Counted from the whole stretch's first letter, positions 49,047 to 62,689 are shown. The stretch: 63,614 nucleotides of DNA, filler included, from Octopus bimaculoides (GCF_001194135.2; 5 parts of 5 records of this genome joined end to end with filler, not necessarily neighbours in it); one strand, 5' to 3'. The notes: generated from the letters alone by a model not told the origin. Translations and numbers: made by a program.

Positions 49047-49834
49047 ACACACACACGTGCGCATGCATACGCACACATGAATGTATATGAAATTGTGTGC
49101 ATGTGTGGCTACATCTATGTCTGTCCGCTACAACTGCTTGACAGCAAGTGTTGGTTCGTTTACATCCTTACAACTTAGCAGTCGAGCGAAAGAAATCAAT
49201 AGACTACGAACAAGGATTAAAAAAAAAAAAGTAAGTACTGGCATCAATCTGTTTGACGAAAATCTCTCCGAGGCAGTACCCCAGCATGGCCACAGCGGAA
49301 GGCAGACAAAGGATAGTTTATCGCAGAGCCAGACAGAAAGCCTTTTCTATATCTCTCTGTCTCTGTTATGAAATATTCTTCTTACCGCCCAGAATGTGCA
49401 TGTGCATAATGGGTGCACTGTTATGGACGCATACGGCAAGCGCTGTAATATCAGTTATGAAATGACCTTACAGTAAAACATCACCCCCACCACCACAACA
49501 CACACCACTGCCAACTACCACCCACACATAAAATAAAGATAAACTTACTACTGGCTCAATAAGGCCGAGAGAGAGGGGGGGGAGATGGAAGAGAGAGGGG
49601 GGGAAGCTGCTCATCCGATAGGATTACACGACAGAAAATGTTAATAGGACAGTAAATGTCACGACAAAGAAAACAACATTACCGAGCTGATGGGGTGGGT
49701 GTGAGGGGTGGAGACAGTGTGGTCATTATCAGCTAGAAATAGCAGCCATATCCCTCCCTCTCTCAGATCATATTCCTTTCTGGCTCAGAAAGAAAACAGA
49801 GGTTACATTGGATAATGGTGGTCCTGGTCCTAGA

Positions 49835-50098
49835 GTGGGGATGGTTATTCCAGTGACGAGGAAGTGAAAACTGTAGTGAAGAAGTGGCTCAAAGAACAGT
49901 CAACAAAATTTTACGGAGCAGGGATACATGCACTCATTCGAAGGTGGAACTTTGCTATTGAGAGAAACGGTGACTATGTTGAGAAGTAGAGATGTGATCC
50001 ACAGAGGACCAGCTTCATTTTGATGTATGATACATGTTCCTGTGTTGGTAATTATACCTGTCCTAAACAAAATGGCATTACTCTTTGACTCACCCTCG
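49835..50098 (+). mobile_element. Mariner 3' remnant
   Basis: YSSDEEVKTVVKKWLKEQSTKFYGAGIHALIRRWNFAIERNGDYVEK*, followed by the terminus ..GACTCACCCTCG|TA. Confidence 0.85.
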
Positions 50099-50934
50099 TA
50101 CTTCCAGCACTAGGAAGATTGTTTCATACAAGAAGACTAAACTGCCCCCTTTCTCTTGTGTCAGTGCTTATTTGGGATCATGCCCTGTCACCTTTTCTAC
50201 AGACATGTGATGCCACATCCCTCCGAGTTTCCAAACACCGAGACCAAGCCACAGACGTGAGGATGACACATGAATCCCAATTTCTACATCTTCCAGTTTC
50301 AGAAGCTCAGCTATGTGTCTTGGGTGCTACACTTCCTCTTCGAAATGCCCCAGCATGGCCACAGCCTTAGAGCAGGAACACACAAAAGAATATAAAAAAA
50401 AGACAAGACACTATTAAATGGAAAAATTGTCTAAACTCAAAACTTATCTATTTTCTCATGGGAGTGCTCCAGCATGACCACAGACCTCTCTACTAAAACT
50501 AAAAGCAACAGACACAGGTATTAGCCCATGGCTCTGGTTTCAATCCTACCATGTGGCACCTGGGGCAAGTGTTTTCTACAATGGTCCTGGGGCTGACCCA
50601 ATGCCTTGAGAGTGAATTTGGTCAATGGAAACTGTATGGAAGCCCATCTCGTGTGTATAAGTGTAAGTGCAGATTAGTGTTACTGCTTGGCAACTGGTGT
50701 TCATTAGTATTCGTTTCCCGTAACTTAGTGGTTTGGCAAAAAGAGACTGACACACAACTGCAAATAAATGAATGTTTCGACTAAAACTGTTCAGAGTGAT
50801 GCCCCAGCATGGGCACAATCCGATAACTGAAACAAGTAAAAAAAAAAAAGAATAAATAAATAAGTAAATAAAATTGTTATCAGTTCTGTATTGAATATTT
50901 GCACTAAAATTATTGATTTCTACTCAAATACTGC

Positions 50935-51190
50935 ATCAATCTATCTATCTCTCTATCTACCATTCCTATCCCTTCTTCTCCTGTGTGTGTGTGTGTGTGT
51001 CTATCTCTCTCTCTCTATCTATCTCTACCATTCCTATCACTACTTCTCCTGCATCTCTCTCTCTCTCTCTCTCTATCATTTCTATCCCTTCTTCTCCCGT
51101 GTGTGTCTCTCTCTCAATCTACCATTCCTATAGCTACTCTTCCTGCTGTCTGTCTCTCTCTCTCACCCCACTTCCTATCTCTATCATGTC
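50935..51190. repeat. Compound CT-rich minisatellite (~60-bp unit)
   Basis: ctatctaccattcctatc(c/a)cttcttctcc.gtgtgt..ctctctct repeated about 4 times. Confidence 0.8.
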
Positions 51191-51580
51191 TACACCTACA
51201 TCTACCCCTCCCCCTCTTTGCTTACCAGTCTCTCTCATCAACCACATGCACTTCCACACATTACCATCTTCCCACCACCACTACCACCACCTCTACCCCA
51301 TCTCCCTCTGTATTTAATCATTACAAACAACAATGAACAACAACAGCAGCACTAACAACAGCCACGTTTACCAACCGATAACATTAACTAACACTGCACA
51401 AGCTAACAAGAAGCTCGTGCGATTGCTTGGCCTGGCAGAAACAGCAGCCAAACGTCCCTCAAATCACACCCTTCCACTGTTAATAGAATAAGAAAAAAAA
51501 AAAGAAAAACGAAAACAAAGACAAAATAGAAGACACAGTAGATAATGTAGTCCTAGATAGGCTGTGCCTGAAAAAAAAAA

Positions 51581-51870
51581 ACAGACAGGCTGGTCACATC
51601 TGGAATCAGAATGTCTCTTTCGATCAAAAGTCTGGTCTGCCTGATCAAAATAGACCAAGGGTTAAACAACATCTATTTTTGGTCTGAAGCACACATTATC
51701 TAACGTAAACCTAGATATACTATGACGGAATAACAGACAGGCTGGTCATATCTGGAATCAGAATGTCTGATCTGCCTGATCAAAATAGACCAAGGGTTAA
51801 ACAATATCTATTTTTGTTCTGAAGCACACATATTATCTAATGTAAACCTAGATCTACTTGGACAGAATAA
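51581..51870 (+). repeat. Local tandem duplication (~150 bp x2)
   Basis: acagacaggctggtca.atctggaatcagaatgtct...gaccaagggttaaacaa...gaagcacaca..ttatctaa.gtaaacctagat starts at 51581 and again at 51733. Confidence 0.9.
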
Positions 51871-52394
51871 AAGGAGGAGGAGGAGGAGGAAAGGTCATGG
51901 TTGGCTGGGTCTCTGGCTAGCTGGCTGTGACGTATGCTTCTGATCATAAGTATCTGCTTAATAAACCATTGACCTGAATCACAACAACAACAACAGCTAA
52001 AAGTACCAACACTGATGTTGCTTGCTTCATCTTCTGTCTTTTACTTGCTCCAGTCCATGAGACTACGGCCATGCTAGAGCACCGCCTTCAAAGGTTTCAT
52101 TGGAAAACAAATCGACCCCCAAAGTTTATGCATTCTTGCAGCCTCGTAATTATTCTACTGGTCTCTTTTGCCAAACTGCTAAGTTAAAGACATAAACAAA
52201 CCAACACCGGTTAAGCAGTAAGTAGAGGACAACGTCCCACACATGCACACATAAATGTATACATGGCAGGCTTCCACATAGTTTCCGTCTATGAAATTCA
52301 CTAACAGGACATTGGTTGGTCCAAGGTACCACACAGTGGGACTGAACCGGAAACCTGTGACTGCAAAGAAAGCGTCTTAACTGCACAGTCATTG

Positions 52395-52570
52395 CTAGAA
52401 ATAGCCACCTAAGTCCCTCAAATTATAACCTACCTCCTTGAAAAAGGGAAGGACACGTCAATCAATGCTTTGCTAGATATGCAAAAAGACAGGATGGTCC
52501 TGGTTGGAATGTCTTTGATCATGAGTCTACAGGATCAGGATACCACTGACCTAGGGCTAAACAGCAACAG
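52395..52570 (+). mobile_element. Abundant unclassified retroposon-like family D (CTGCTAGAAATAGCAGCC...GGGCTAAACAACAAC), representative copy
   Basis: Other copies lie at about 9163, 11408, 13530 (-), 18480, 24705, 47625, 49725, 51420, 52845 and 56035. All end in an (AAC)n-like tail. Confidence 0.7.
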
Positions 52571-53531
52571 AAGCCAATGACTTGCTTTGACATCATTGAC
52601 AACTACCAGCATGAAATATGACCACCACCACCAACAAACACCACTGCCAACAACAACAACTACCACCTCCAACATCACCAACATCATCATCCAATAAACA
52701 CTCCACCACTTCCGAACATGACCATCACCAAAGACCCAAACTACAACCACACTGCTAACACCACCACCGCCAACAATAATGCCATCATCAACGCCACCAC
52801 CCTAACCACTAAGGTAACATGGAGCCGACAAGGGGAACAGCTACATGATCGCTCAACCTGCTAGAAAGAGCAGTCAAAATCCTTTCAAATCACACACACA
52901 CACACACACACAGAAGTACTATCATGAGGGAAGAAGAGAAAAAAGTGCAAAGACACATTGCTTATAATGATTTAGTGATTTGTCCTTTGTCCTTCACACT
53001 TCGAACTCCCAAACCCCTGAACACCTTAAAAAAAATTAATTAATCAATTAAAAAAGGGACAGGATAAGAATGTGTGCTTGAATTCTTTTGATTGTAAACA
53101 AGGCCTGTTTGTTCAATACCTGACCTGGGGTTAAACAGTAACAAATACCACCGTCGCCACCACCACCAACACCACCTTTAGGTCCAGGTAGTTAGTAACA
53201 GCCACCGAGAGAAGTTGCTTTTAACATCATGTCAACACTACTACTAAATATATTGATTGAGATTACCGTTTGCTGTTTGTGCCATTATTTTTATTATTAG
53301 TTTGTTTGCTTGTTAATTACATTCTTTTTTTTTTTTATATATCTAATTATTTATAATTTTTTTTTGTTTTTCATCCACTCCATCCCACCCCGTCTCCCTC
53401 AACCTTTCGTTTGGACACCACTCTCTGCATTGATGTATTAACCTATATTTAAAGATGTATTAACCTACATCAGATTATACACAAACACATATACATACAC
53501 CACACAAAAAAACCCATACATAAACATACGT

Positions 53532-53568
<37 letters not shown>

Positions 53569-54309
53569 AATATACATCCATTCGTACACACATAAACATA
53601 GGCATTCACACATATATAAGCAGTTTGTCTCCTTTCTAATTTCATTGGACACAGTTTATTAACCTACATCATAGACAATATCTTGTATATAATAGAGTAC
53701 ACACACACACAAACCCAGGTAGTATAACCTTAACTTATATATAATATTCAATCAGTGAGAGTGCACAACAGCAGAACTGGTAGTCAGTGCTATGACTATG
53801 TGAATTGAACAAACGATAAGAATGAGCCTCAAATATACCACAAAGAAAATAAGGAGTGAGGAAGTCGACCAAGCTGAAACACAGACCCTTTTACGTGACA
53901 TTCCGAGTTCAAATCCAGACAAGGTTAATTACATTTTTTATCCATTGAAGGTTGATAAATAAAGGACCAGTTCAATTATAAGGGATTGCTTCTTCTTCCT
54001 CTCCGTTTCTTATTCCGTGTAGAAGCCTGAAGAGCAATGGTTTCCACCAAGTTTGAAACAGCACCAAAGCATTACCATTTTTCCTTCCTTCCTTATTTGT
54101 CTTAGCGTCATCATTAAACATGTCAGACCAAATGCTTAGTGGCATTTCTTCCGACTCTTTACATTCTGAATTCAAATCCCACCACGGTTAACTTTGCCCT
54201 TCATCTTTTTTGGGGTTGATAAAAATGAAGTACCAGTCAAGAACTGGGGTCCATGTAACCAACATGTTCTGCTAACGATTCTGCCAGCTCACAGCCTGAT
54301 GTTGTTGTA

Positions 54310-55249
54310 CAGGGTGGTGTGAAAGTCTGGTTACCCCCAACCAAAAAGTAATGAGAACAATAGAAGAACAAGGGATGCGGTAATCCAAAGCAAGAACTGG
54401 ATTTAGTTTATTCCCTTCCATTGATGCTGTCACACATCGAAAAGGTCTGTATGAACACCATCATTTTCGTGGCCCAAAATGATGCAACGCCATGTCCTGT
54501 GTGGTATTTTCCAAAGTTGTGCTTTGGTGATTGTTGCAAAGGCTCTCTGAATGGCGTCCTTCAACTGATGGGTCTTCTGGTATCGTTCTTGTGAAACTCT
54601 CTCCTTGAAAATACCCTACAGACCCACGGAACGTTATCGTAAGATGTGATGTCCGGACTTTTGGGTGGCCAATCAAAAGGTGATGGAAGTTGATGCAATC
54701 CTCACCCTCTTTTACTTGTTTCAGTCATTTGACTGTGGCCATGCTGGAGCACCGCCTTTAGTCGAGCAAATCGACCCCAGGACTTATTCTTTGGAAGCCT
54801 AGTACTTATTCTATAGGTCTCTTTTGCCGAACCGCTAAGTTATGGGGACGGAAGCACACCAGCATCGGTTGTCAAGCGATGTTGCGGGGACAAACACAGA
54901 CACACAAACATATATATATAAACCTATATACGACGAGCTTCATTCAGTTTCCGTCTACCAAATCCACTCACAAGGCTTTGGTTGGCCCGAGGCTATAGTA
55001 GACGACACTTGCTCAAGGTGCCTCGCAGTGGGACTGAACGCGGAACGATGTGGTTGGAAAGCAAGCTACTTACCACACAGCCACTCCTGCGCCTATCCAT
55101 CTATCCTGAAAAACTTCACTTAGGTATTCACGGACAGTGAGAGCAGAGTGGGGTGGGGCATATCTTATATTACTAGAACAAAAAATAATGATAATAACAA
55201 CAACAATAAACAATGTGTAGAGGGGTGACAAGACTTTCGGACCACCCTG
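54310..55249 (-). mobile_element. Tc1/mariner-superfamily deleted element with TIRs, interrupted by a SINE
   Basis: TA|CAGGGTGGTGTGAAAGTCT...AGACTTTCGGACCACCCTG|TA. The minus strand has a WPPKSPDIT motif (WPPxSPDL) near 54670. Confidence 0.85.
54707..55094 (-). mobile_element. SINE family A nested in the Tc1-like element
   Basis: Full reverse complement of family A. Degenerate A copies also lie at ~85-248 (-), ~49100-49300 (+), ~50500-50840 (+) and ~52030-52390 (-). Confidence 0.88.
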
Positions 55250-55415
55250 TAGAAAAGAACAAAAACAAACCAGTTACTGTGGCTATAGCTTCACCAAGAG
55301 ACAAAACGAAAGAAAAAAAAGAATTCTGACACCGTATTACAAATGGTTTTTAAGCAAAGTTAACGATCTTTGTGTGTTTCTGAATGACTGACTTGCATTT
55401 TCCGTAATCAAAAAG

Positions 55416-55452
<37 letters not shown>

Positions 55453-55975
55453 CATCAATTAACCAGAATGCCCATTCAGTTTCCACAGTAATTAGGAAAG
55501 ATCTGCAGATAATTACAATTAACAGACTTAATTCACATGAAATTTGGCACAAACAGATGCAAGGAACACAGCATTTGGGGGGACATGACACTCTCGTTGA
55601 GAATAATATTGATTTCTTTGACACAAGGCCATAAGTTTTGATGGCGTTTTCTTTTTTTTTTTTGTTTCTAAGGAAAGTGTATTAAGTGCCATTGTTGCTG
55701 CTATCACGCACACACACACATACACAGGAACCGCATCCAAGAAACGGTCACTTTTGGCTGGTTCTCAAAGACTCACAAAACCAACCATGATGCTACAATC
55801 TTATGCTGTTGTTTGCTGCTCTGCTCTCACTCTCCTCCTCCCCCTCTCCCTCCTACCACCACTATTACTATGATACCTTTTCTTTGTCTTCTCCAACCTA
55901 GCAATTTGCTTCATCAACTCCCATCCAAGCCTACTTGATACAGATGCATAAACAGACATACATTCACATGTACAT

Positions 55976-56009
<34 letters not shown>

Positions 56010-57095
56010 CTATACGAGACGGCCAGTCACTATGCAGTCAACCAGCCTGCTAGAAATAGCAGTCAAGTCACTCTCAGATCATACCATAAAATGTGTTTAG
56101 CAAAAAATAAAAAAATAAAGGCATCGAATAATGGTATCCTCAGTACATTGTAAAAGGAGGGGGTGGTCATGCCTGGAACTTATTTTATCCCCCACCCCAT
56201 GATGATGATGATGATTGGTAGTGGTGATGATGGTGGTGGTGGTGGTGATGCTACAAAATGAAAGGAAAATGGCAATGCTTGCAAAAACTTTGGTCCCAGG
56301 AATTTTGGTGATGTAATGAAAAAAATACACTGCTAGGTAAAAAAATTTTTTTATGGTCTGGCACTAATGAGTTTCAGCCAACCCCATTATCTTAATTATC
56401 TGAAGAATAAATGAACTCACTGATGGGTATTGAACCGTGTGCCTTTTTGCTTACTGGGCAAAACAACATGCAACCAGTTTTCTGCCACATCAACTTGGTG
56501 AGAGAAGCCTAAGCAAAGAAGAAGAAAAAGAAGGAAGGAAGGAAGGAAGGAAAAGGAAGGAAAGGAGGGAAGGAAGGAAAGGAAAAAGGAAAGAAGGAAA
56601 AAAGAAGGAAGGAAAGAAAGAAAGAAAAAGAGCAACAGGAGACCAAGAGGGGAGAAAACAAGAAATAAAAAAAAGAGCTGAATATCAAGTCTTTTACTGA
56701 GTAAGACATCAGAGAGAGAGAGAGGGGGGGACTGAGATGAGATAGAGAGAGAAAAATAAGGCTGAAAGAATTGGTAAGCAGACAAGAAGAAGAGGTAAGA
56801 AGAGGCTACAGATTACTACTACTACTGTTCTGCTGGTAGGTATAAAAAGCACCATGTTCCAAACCTTTTCACCTGTAATTAGATTTTTTTTTTTTTAATT
56901 CTTTCAAAAGGATCAACCAACAAACAAGCCAGCCAGAAAACCATCCCTTCTTCCCACCCTACAAAACAACAAAACGCCCCTCCCCCACGTCTTCCNNNNN
57001 NNNNNNNNNNNNNNNNNNNNNNNNNNNNNNNNNNNNNNNTTAATTAATTAANNNNNNNNNNNNNNNNNNNNNNNNNNNNNNNNNNNNNNNNNNNN

Positions 57096-57420
57096 GGAAA
57101 AACTTTCAAAATACAAAGACCTGGAAATAGAGATAACTCGAATGTGGAATCTAAAAACAGAAACAATTCCTATCATAGTAGGTGCCTTAGGTATAATAAA
57201 AAAAATATTCAGACAAATACATAACAAAAACACCAGGACTTACAAATATATATAACATACAGAAAATTGCACTACTGGGTACTGCACACATCCTACGCAA
57301 AACACTTTCAATACAGTAAACATAAGAGCACCACAGCAAACCACAGCACATACCCAAGGCGCACAGAGCTGCGCTCGGTAGTGAAGTGAAAGCACGTTAT
57401 AAAAATAAAACTACTGAACA
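57096..57420 (+). mobile_element. R4/Dong LINE 3' end (RLE C-terminus and 3' UTR), young
   Basis: EKLSKYKDLEIEITRMWNLKTETIPIIVGALGII..QKIALLGTAHILRKTL* (one shift in a poly-A run), then an (AAC)n tail. Confidence 0.85.
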
Positions 57421-57439
57421 ACAACAATAACAACAACAA

Positions 57440-58300
57440 CAACAACAACAACAACAACTCAGATGACAACATAACAGAAATGGTCAAAGAGACAAAAATA
57501 ACATGAAAACAATTAGAAAACATACTACAGAAGAAACAGAGAGAGAAATCTTTCCCTGTCCAATACCCTGCAAGGTTTGACAGAGAAGAAGTGAACCTAA
57601 GTAAAAGTCAACAATGGCTCAAAAGCTCTCGACTAAAAGCTGAAATGGAAGGACTGATTCTCTAAACTGCAAATACCCAGGGAAATAAACTGCCATCAGC
57701 AAGCCGAATACCCACCGTATTACACACGCAACACACAATACAAAAACTAATACAAGAAAAAATGCACTACATCTAAAAAAAATATGATGCAATACCGGGA
57801 AGAGTTTGCACACTTCCAACAGAAAAGAAACACATGATGCTGCACACGCCCCAGCAACATGGAGATGTAGCAGGTGATGTAGTAAAAATTTGCCTGAAAC
57901 TATCAAATGTTGAACAATGATAATAATAACAATAAAAACCACTTGGGAGTGTATGAAGAGGACATCACAAGGACTGTCTACAAATTGTGTGAGGGTTTCC
58001 ATAAAATATAAAGGAAAAGAAAGGGAAAAGCATCGGAATGAGATAAACTTATACACACTCCTCTTGCTGCAGAGGAACCTCCAACTCGGGGTAATCAATG
58101 AACCCCACAGATCGAGGACTACCCTCATCACGAAGGGCACGAGTCCTCACCCAACTATTGATCTCAACCGAGATAATCGTTTGGCTAAGAGGTAATTAAT
58201 TTAGCTAAGAAGTACGAATAGTCTTAATTTGCCTAACTGAAGACTGTTGATGAGGAACAGAGCTACTCATCTCTTGTAAGGCCTTCTCAATCTCTTCAAG
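57440..58300 (+). mobile_element. Rearranged RLE-type LINE fragments (R4/Dong post-RT piece, possible R2-like RT piece)
   Basis: QYPARFDREEVNLSKSQQWLKSSRLKAEMEGLI at ~57570-57660, and a weaker LQLGVINEPHRSRTTLITKG / CKAF at ~58050-58290. Confidence 0.5.
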
Positions 58301-60583
58301 TACCATTGGAAGACGAAAGCCAAAGACAACTTGTTGGTGAATGGGTCTAGGGGCCTACAATAACTAAGTAGCTATAAGTTTGTAGTCTGAACTAGAAGGC
58401 ACTTCTCTTTGATGTGTCAGCCTAATCTGGGTTTGTGTGTAGGATGCCCCGAAGTCACACAATATAGTTTTGCTGTATTATATTTTATTCTCGTTGTTAT
58501 TATTTATTATGTGTTAATCTTTAATTGTTATTATTAAATTTGACATTTTATTCTCTATAAAATCCTTGTATTTTATTGCATATTTCATTTCAAATATTGT
58601 CTCCCTTCACGATTTCTTGTGACTAATTAAAGAAGTCGTTATCATTTGTCAAACGAAGAATATAAATAATGATACTACAGTCGCTCAAAGGATAATTTTC
58701 TTCTCTTGTTTGCGTGAATTCATCCTCTAAAACCCATATTTCACTCCATTTACGACTATTCTAAGCCAATCAGAAAGCCTGTATGCATCACGTGGCTATC
58801 TTCACCAGTTGGAAAGTATAGCTGTTGTTATGTCGACACACAGTAGTTTGCAGGTAGCTTATTTTAGCGACCGTGTATATTGCTAATTATTCTGGAGTTG
58901 TAAAGGGGACAATATTGATAATAAGAGGAGACATGGAAGATTGACAATTAAAATGATAATGAAGATAGTCATTCGAATATCCATTCATTCACAAATGTTG
59001 TTGTTGCTGCTACTGGTCAACGTAAGGATCGTTGTAAAAATAAACATAAAAGAATACAAGAGAAGATTGAATGGAATCCAATATTCTGTGTGTCCAAGAT
59101 ATAATAATGAACGAATAACATAACAACATGTGAAGCTTCCGTCTAAACAGGTGTATATACATATTCATTACTATATCTCCGTGTTTGTGTGTGTAGGTGG
59201 TATGTATGAAACAATAGGCAAAGTTATGAGGGCGTCGGATAATGACTCTCACAGTAATTGTTCCAGCTCTCTGATTTTTTAGTCCAAAAACCGCCAAGAT
59301 TGAACAACTTGGGGTAGAACTCAATATAGGTATGCCTCTGAACGAAGCGTTAGTCGAGTACATAGAGATGATAAGAAAAACAGATGGCAAAAGAGTAAAT
59401 GAATATCTTATGAAGCTCATTAGCTTACAGCTGTTTCCGCTTTTAGATTCGGTGGACTCATAGTTGGGTGCCTGAGTAACAACTTACAGCTTCGCCGGAG
59501 CCTCAAACATGAAGTGCAATTTATTTGGGAAAATAATTACATTTATGCATATATACCAAAAAGCATTACCAATGAGAAAGCATATACGTGGGGGCACGGG
59601 ATTCAGGGGTTTGTCCCTTAATTAGGATATGACTAATTCTAGAATGTGTATACTGATGGTATACCCAGATCTAGGGAGAGCGAAAAAGTAAATAGATCTA
59701 TGAATAAGAATATATGCATACACACAAACACACACACACACATACAAAGAGAGAAAGAGAGTGAGAGATAAATAGATAGATATGCATGCATGTATGTATG
59801 CATGTATGTATGCATGTATATATGTATATATATATGTATATATATANNNNNNNNNNNNNNNNNNNNNNNNNNNNNNNNNNNNNNNNNNNNTTAATTAATT
59901 AANNNNNNNNNNNNNNNNNNNNNNNNNNNNNNNNNNNNNNNNNNNNTATATGCAGGCTTCCTTAAATACACTTCTTAGCTGGGAAACTATACTTAGATTT
60001 TCTACAAATGTGCTGCTGCAGATAGGAGGGGAAAAAACCTAGAAAATGAAATAAAATTCACGAAATTGCAGATGTACAACAGAAGAAGCTGATGAATACA
60101 ATCCTGATAAAGTTGTCTTCAATATATAAATGACAAGTAACGCGACAGGTGAAACTCTATAATAGCAATATCCTTATGCATTTTCATAGTCACATGTAGG
60201 TTATGCAGATGTTGGTGTCAAATAACGTCATACCGAATAAACAGCTGGCACATACAGACATGTATGCATACACACAATTATATGTACAAATGTGTGCGTG
60301 TATGTGTGTGTGTGTGTGTGCATTCGTGCGTGCGTGTGTATGCGCGCGTGTGCGTGTGTGTGTGGTAGGGTATGGGTCTCTCTGTGTTTGCTCGCGCGTA
60401 TACAAGTTTGCGTGAATAAACGATACAGTTCTCAATAGATATAGTAGAATTTCTTCTATGAAGAAATTCGTTTCTTCTGCACCTGAACAAACACATACAA
60501 ACAAGAAATTCAAAGCATCTTCAGGTGAATTATCAGCTTCGAACGAACGAACGGCCGAACGTATGTATGTATGCATGCATGTT

Positions 60584-60757
60584 CGAGGGTATGCTGAAAA
60601 GTTCCTGGCTTTAAGGGTTTCGCGAAAGGCCTGGTTGGAGGCCCAACCTTCCGAGTTCTTTTACAGAGCTTAGGAAAACTGAAGGACTCTTGCAATAAGT
60701 GTGTGAATCTGAAGAGTGGGAATCTGTTGAATAAAATCACAATTAACTGATTACCTC
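60584..60757 (+). mobile_element. Mariner-derived MITE
   Basis: Begins CGAGGGTATGCTGAAAAGTTCC (mariner TIR type) and includes a transposase C-terminal-like tail. Confidence 0.55.
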
Positions 60758-60839
60758 TCGTATGTGTGTGTGTATGTGTGTGTGTGTGTGTGTGCGCGCG
60801 CGCTCATGCGTATCTGAATGAAATATCATTTATAACCAT

Positions 60840-62100
60840 ACTATGATGGGCGTAATGCCCGTCTGTCTGTCTGTACCCTCCTGACGGTCAAACAGCTGGA
60901 CCAATGGTCACAATGTTTTCGGGATTACGAAGGAGGTAATCAAGCAGGATTTTAGCGAAAAGAATGTGGAAAAGTATGATCATTTCGTGGATATTGAAGA
61001 TAATTTTTCACTTTATGGGTGTACAAAAAGTAAATAAAAATTAAGGGGAGATAACTCCTAATAACAGAATTACGCCATAAGCTTTATTAAGGAATGATTG
61101 TGATGGCTTTGGCGCATCATTAATCTGTATATGAGGAGGCGCAATGGCCCAGTGGTTAGGGCAGCGGACTCGCGGTCATAGGATCGCGGTTTCGATTCCC
61201 AGACCAGGCGTTGTGAGTGTTTATTGAGCGAAAACACCTAAAGCTCCACGAGGCTCCGACAGGGGATGGTGGCGAACTCTGCTGTACTCTCTCACCACAA
61301 CTTTCTCTCACTCTTTCTTCGAGTTTCTGTTGTACCTGTATTTCAAAGGGCCAGCCTTGTCACACTGTGTCACGCTGAATATCCTCGAGAACTACGTTAA
61401 GGGTACACGTGTCTGTGGAGTGCTCAGCGACTTGCACGTTAATTTCACGAGCAGGCTGTTCCGTTGATCGGATCAACTGGAACCCTCGACGTCGTAAGCG
61501 ACGGAGTGCCAACAACAACAATCTGTATATGACTACTATGAACTTTGTCAATAACGATTGTATGCATAAAGTTGTGAAATGCTTTATTAAATTTTCCTTT
61601 GTTCCACGCCATTATGACGTGGAAACAGAAATCAGGAAATGGTAAGACTACCAGGAAAGCTTCCGCTATAAAAAGTATGAGACAGAGCGGGGACAGATCA
61701 GGGACACTTTAGCTCACTTTCGGAACAGAGCAGGGACACTTTAGTTGACTTTAGTAACACTTTAATAACACGCAAAAATTCTCAGGTTAGAGCTTCGGAA
61801 TAGATAAGGAACACTCTAGCTCGCCTAAAATTAAAACAAGCGCAAGTACAAGTGGAAGATAATGCCTTGGTAAGCATTTCCCTCGCTGAATATGACAATG
61901 AACGGATTACAAATTACAATTTGATAACGATGCAGGAAAACATTATCGAAAGTAACATTCTGTTATCATACCATTCTCACTACTGCGGTAGCTTGGGCGA
62001 TTATATATGCCCACATTGTCATTCAAAGCACTGGCCAGCAGAACCATTAGCCCTATGTTGCGAAACGGTAAATCATGAATGAACATTTTTGTTCATTCAT
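60840..62100 (+). mobile_element. Helitron-like remnant interrupted by the SINE
   Basis: ORF 61852-62082 ends HYCGSLGDYICPHCHSKHWPAEPLALCC, resembling the Helitron N-terminal C..C...W..E...CC motif. There is a (GTCT)n tract near the 5' part and short internal repeats at 61680-61745. Confidence 0.5.
61135..61519 (+). mobile_element. tRNA-derived SINE family C, full length with 13-bp TSD
   Basis: A box TGGCCCAGTGG, B box GGTTTCGATTCC, tail GACGGAGTGCCAACAACAAC. The TSD AATCTGTATATGA lies at 61122-61134 and 61520-61532. Confidence 0.95.
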
Positions 62101-62656
62101 TATTTACATTATCCAATGTGTCCTTCCTCCTTCGATTGTTTAAAACAGTTGAGTGTTATGTGAGAGATTGACTACTATGTCTGGCAGCATAAATGACATC
62201 ATAGAATCTTCCACTTTTCGCTCGTCTTTTCACAGGTTTAGGCGTTTATTGTGAAAAGAGAATTCATAGTTGTTGTTTTTTTTTACTTCCAAAACGTATT
62301 TGTTCTAATTTTTTGGAAAAAATGAAAGTTTTCACAAATATATCTACTACAATATATTACTTTCTATTACTTTAATACATTATTTTAGATAAAAAGTTAA
62401 CTCCTACGGGGATTTGCACTAAGAATAGAAATACAACACACTGCGATATCGTTAGGTATTTTGAATGTCTCGATACCGACTGTTTCAAATCCGCTGCACT
62501 GTCAGATTTCAAAAAGACACCGATTTGGGTCAACAAAGTACAGCTGTAGGAGTAAATTTTAGACGATTGGTAAACAGATACGGGTGAATAAGTGGAAACA
62601 CATTCATCTGTACCCCACTTCATTTTCAACCTCTCATCTTTATACACATACATACA

Positions 62657-62689
<33 letters not shown>

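Noticed and set aside
61135-61210. tRNA-like sequence
   Set aside because: It is the head of a SINE with a TSD and tail. It does not form a complete cloverleaf.
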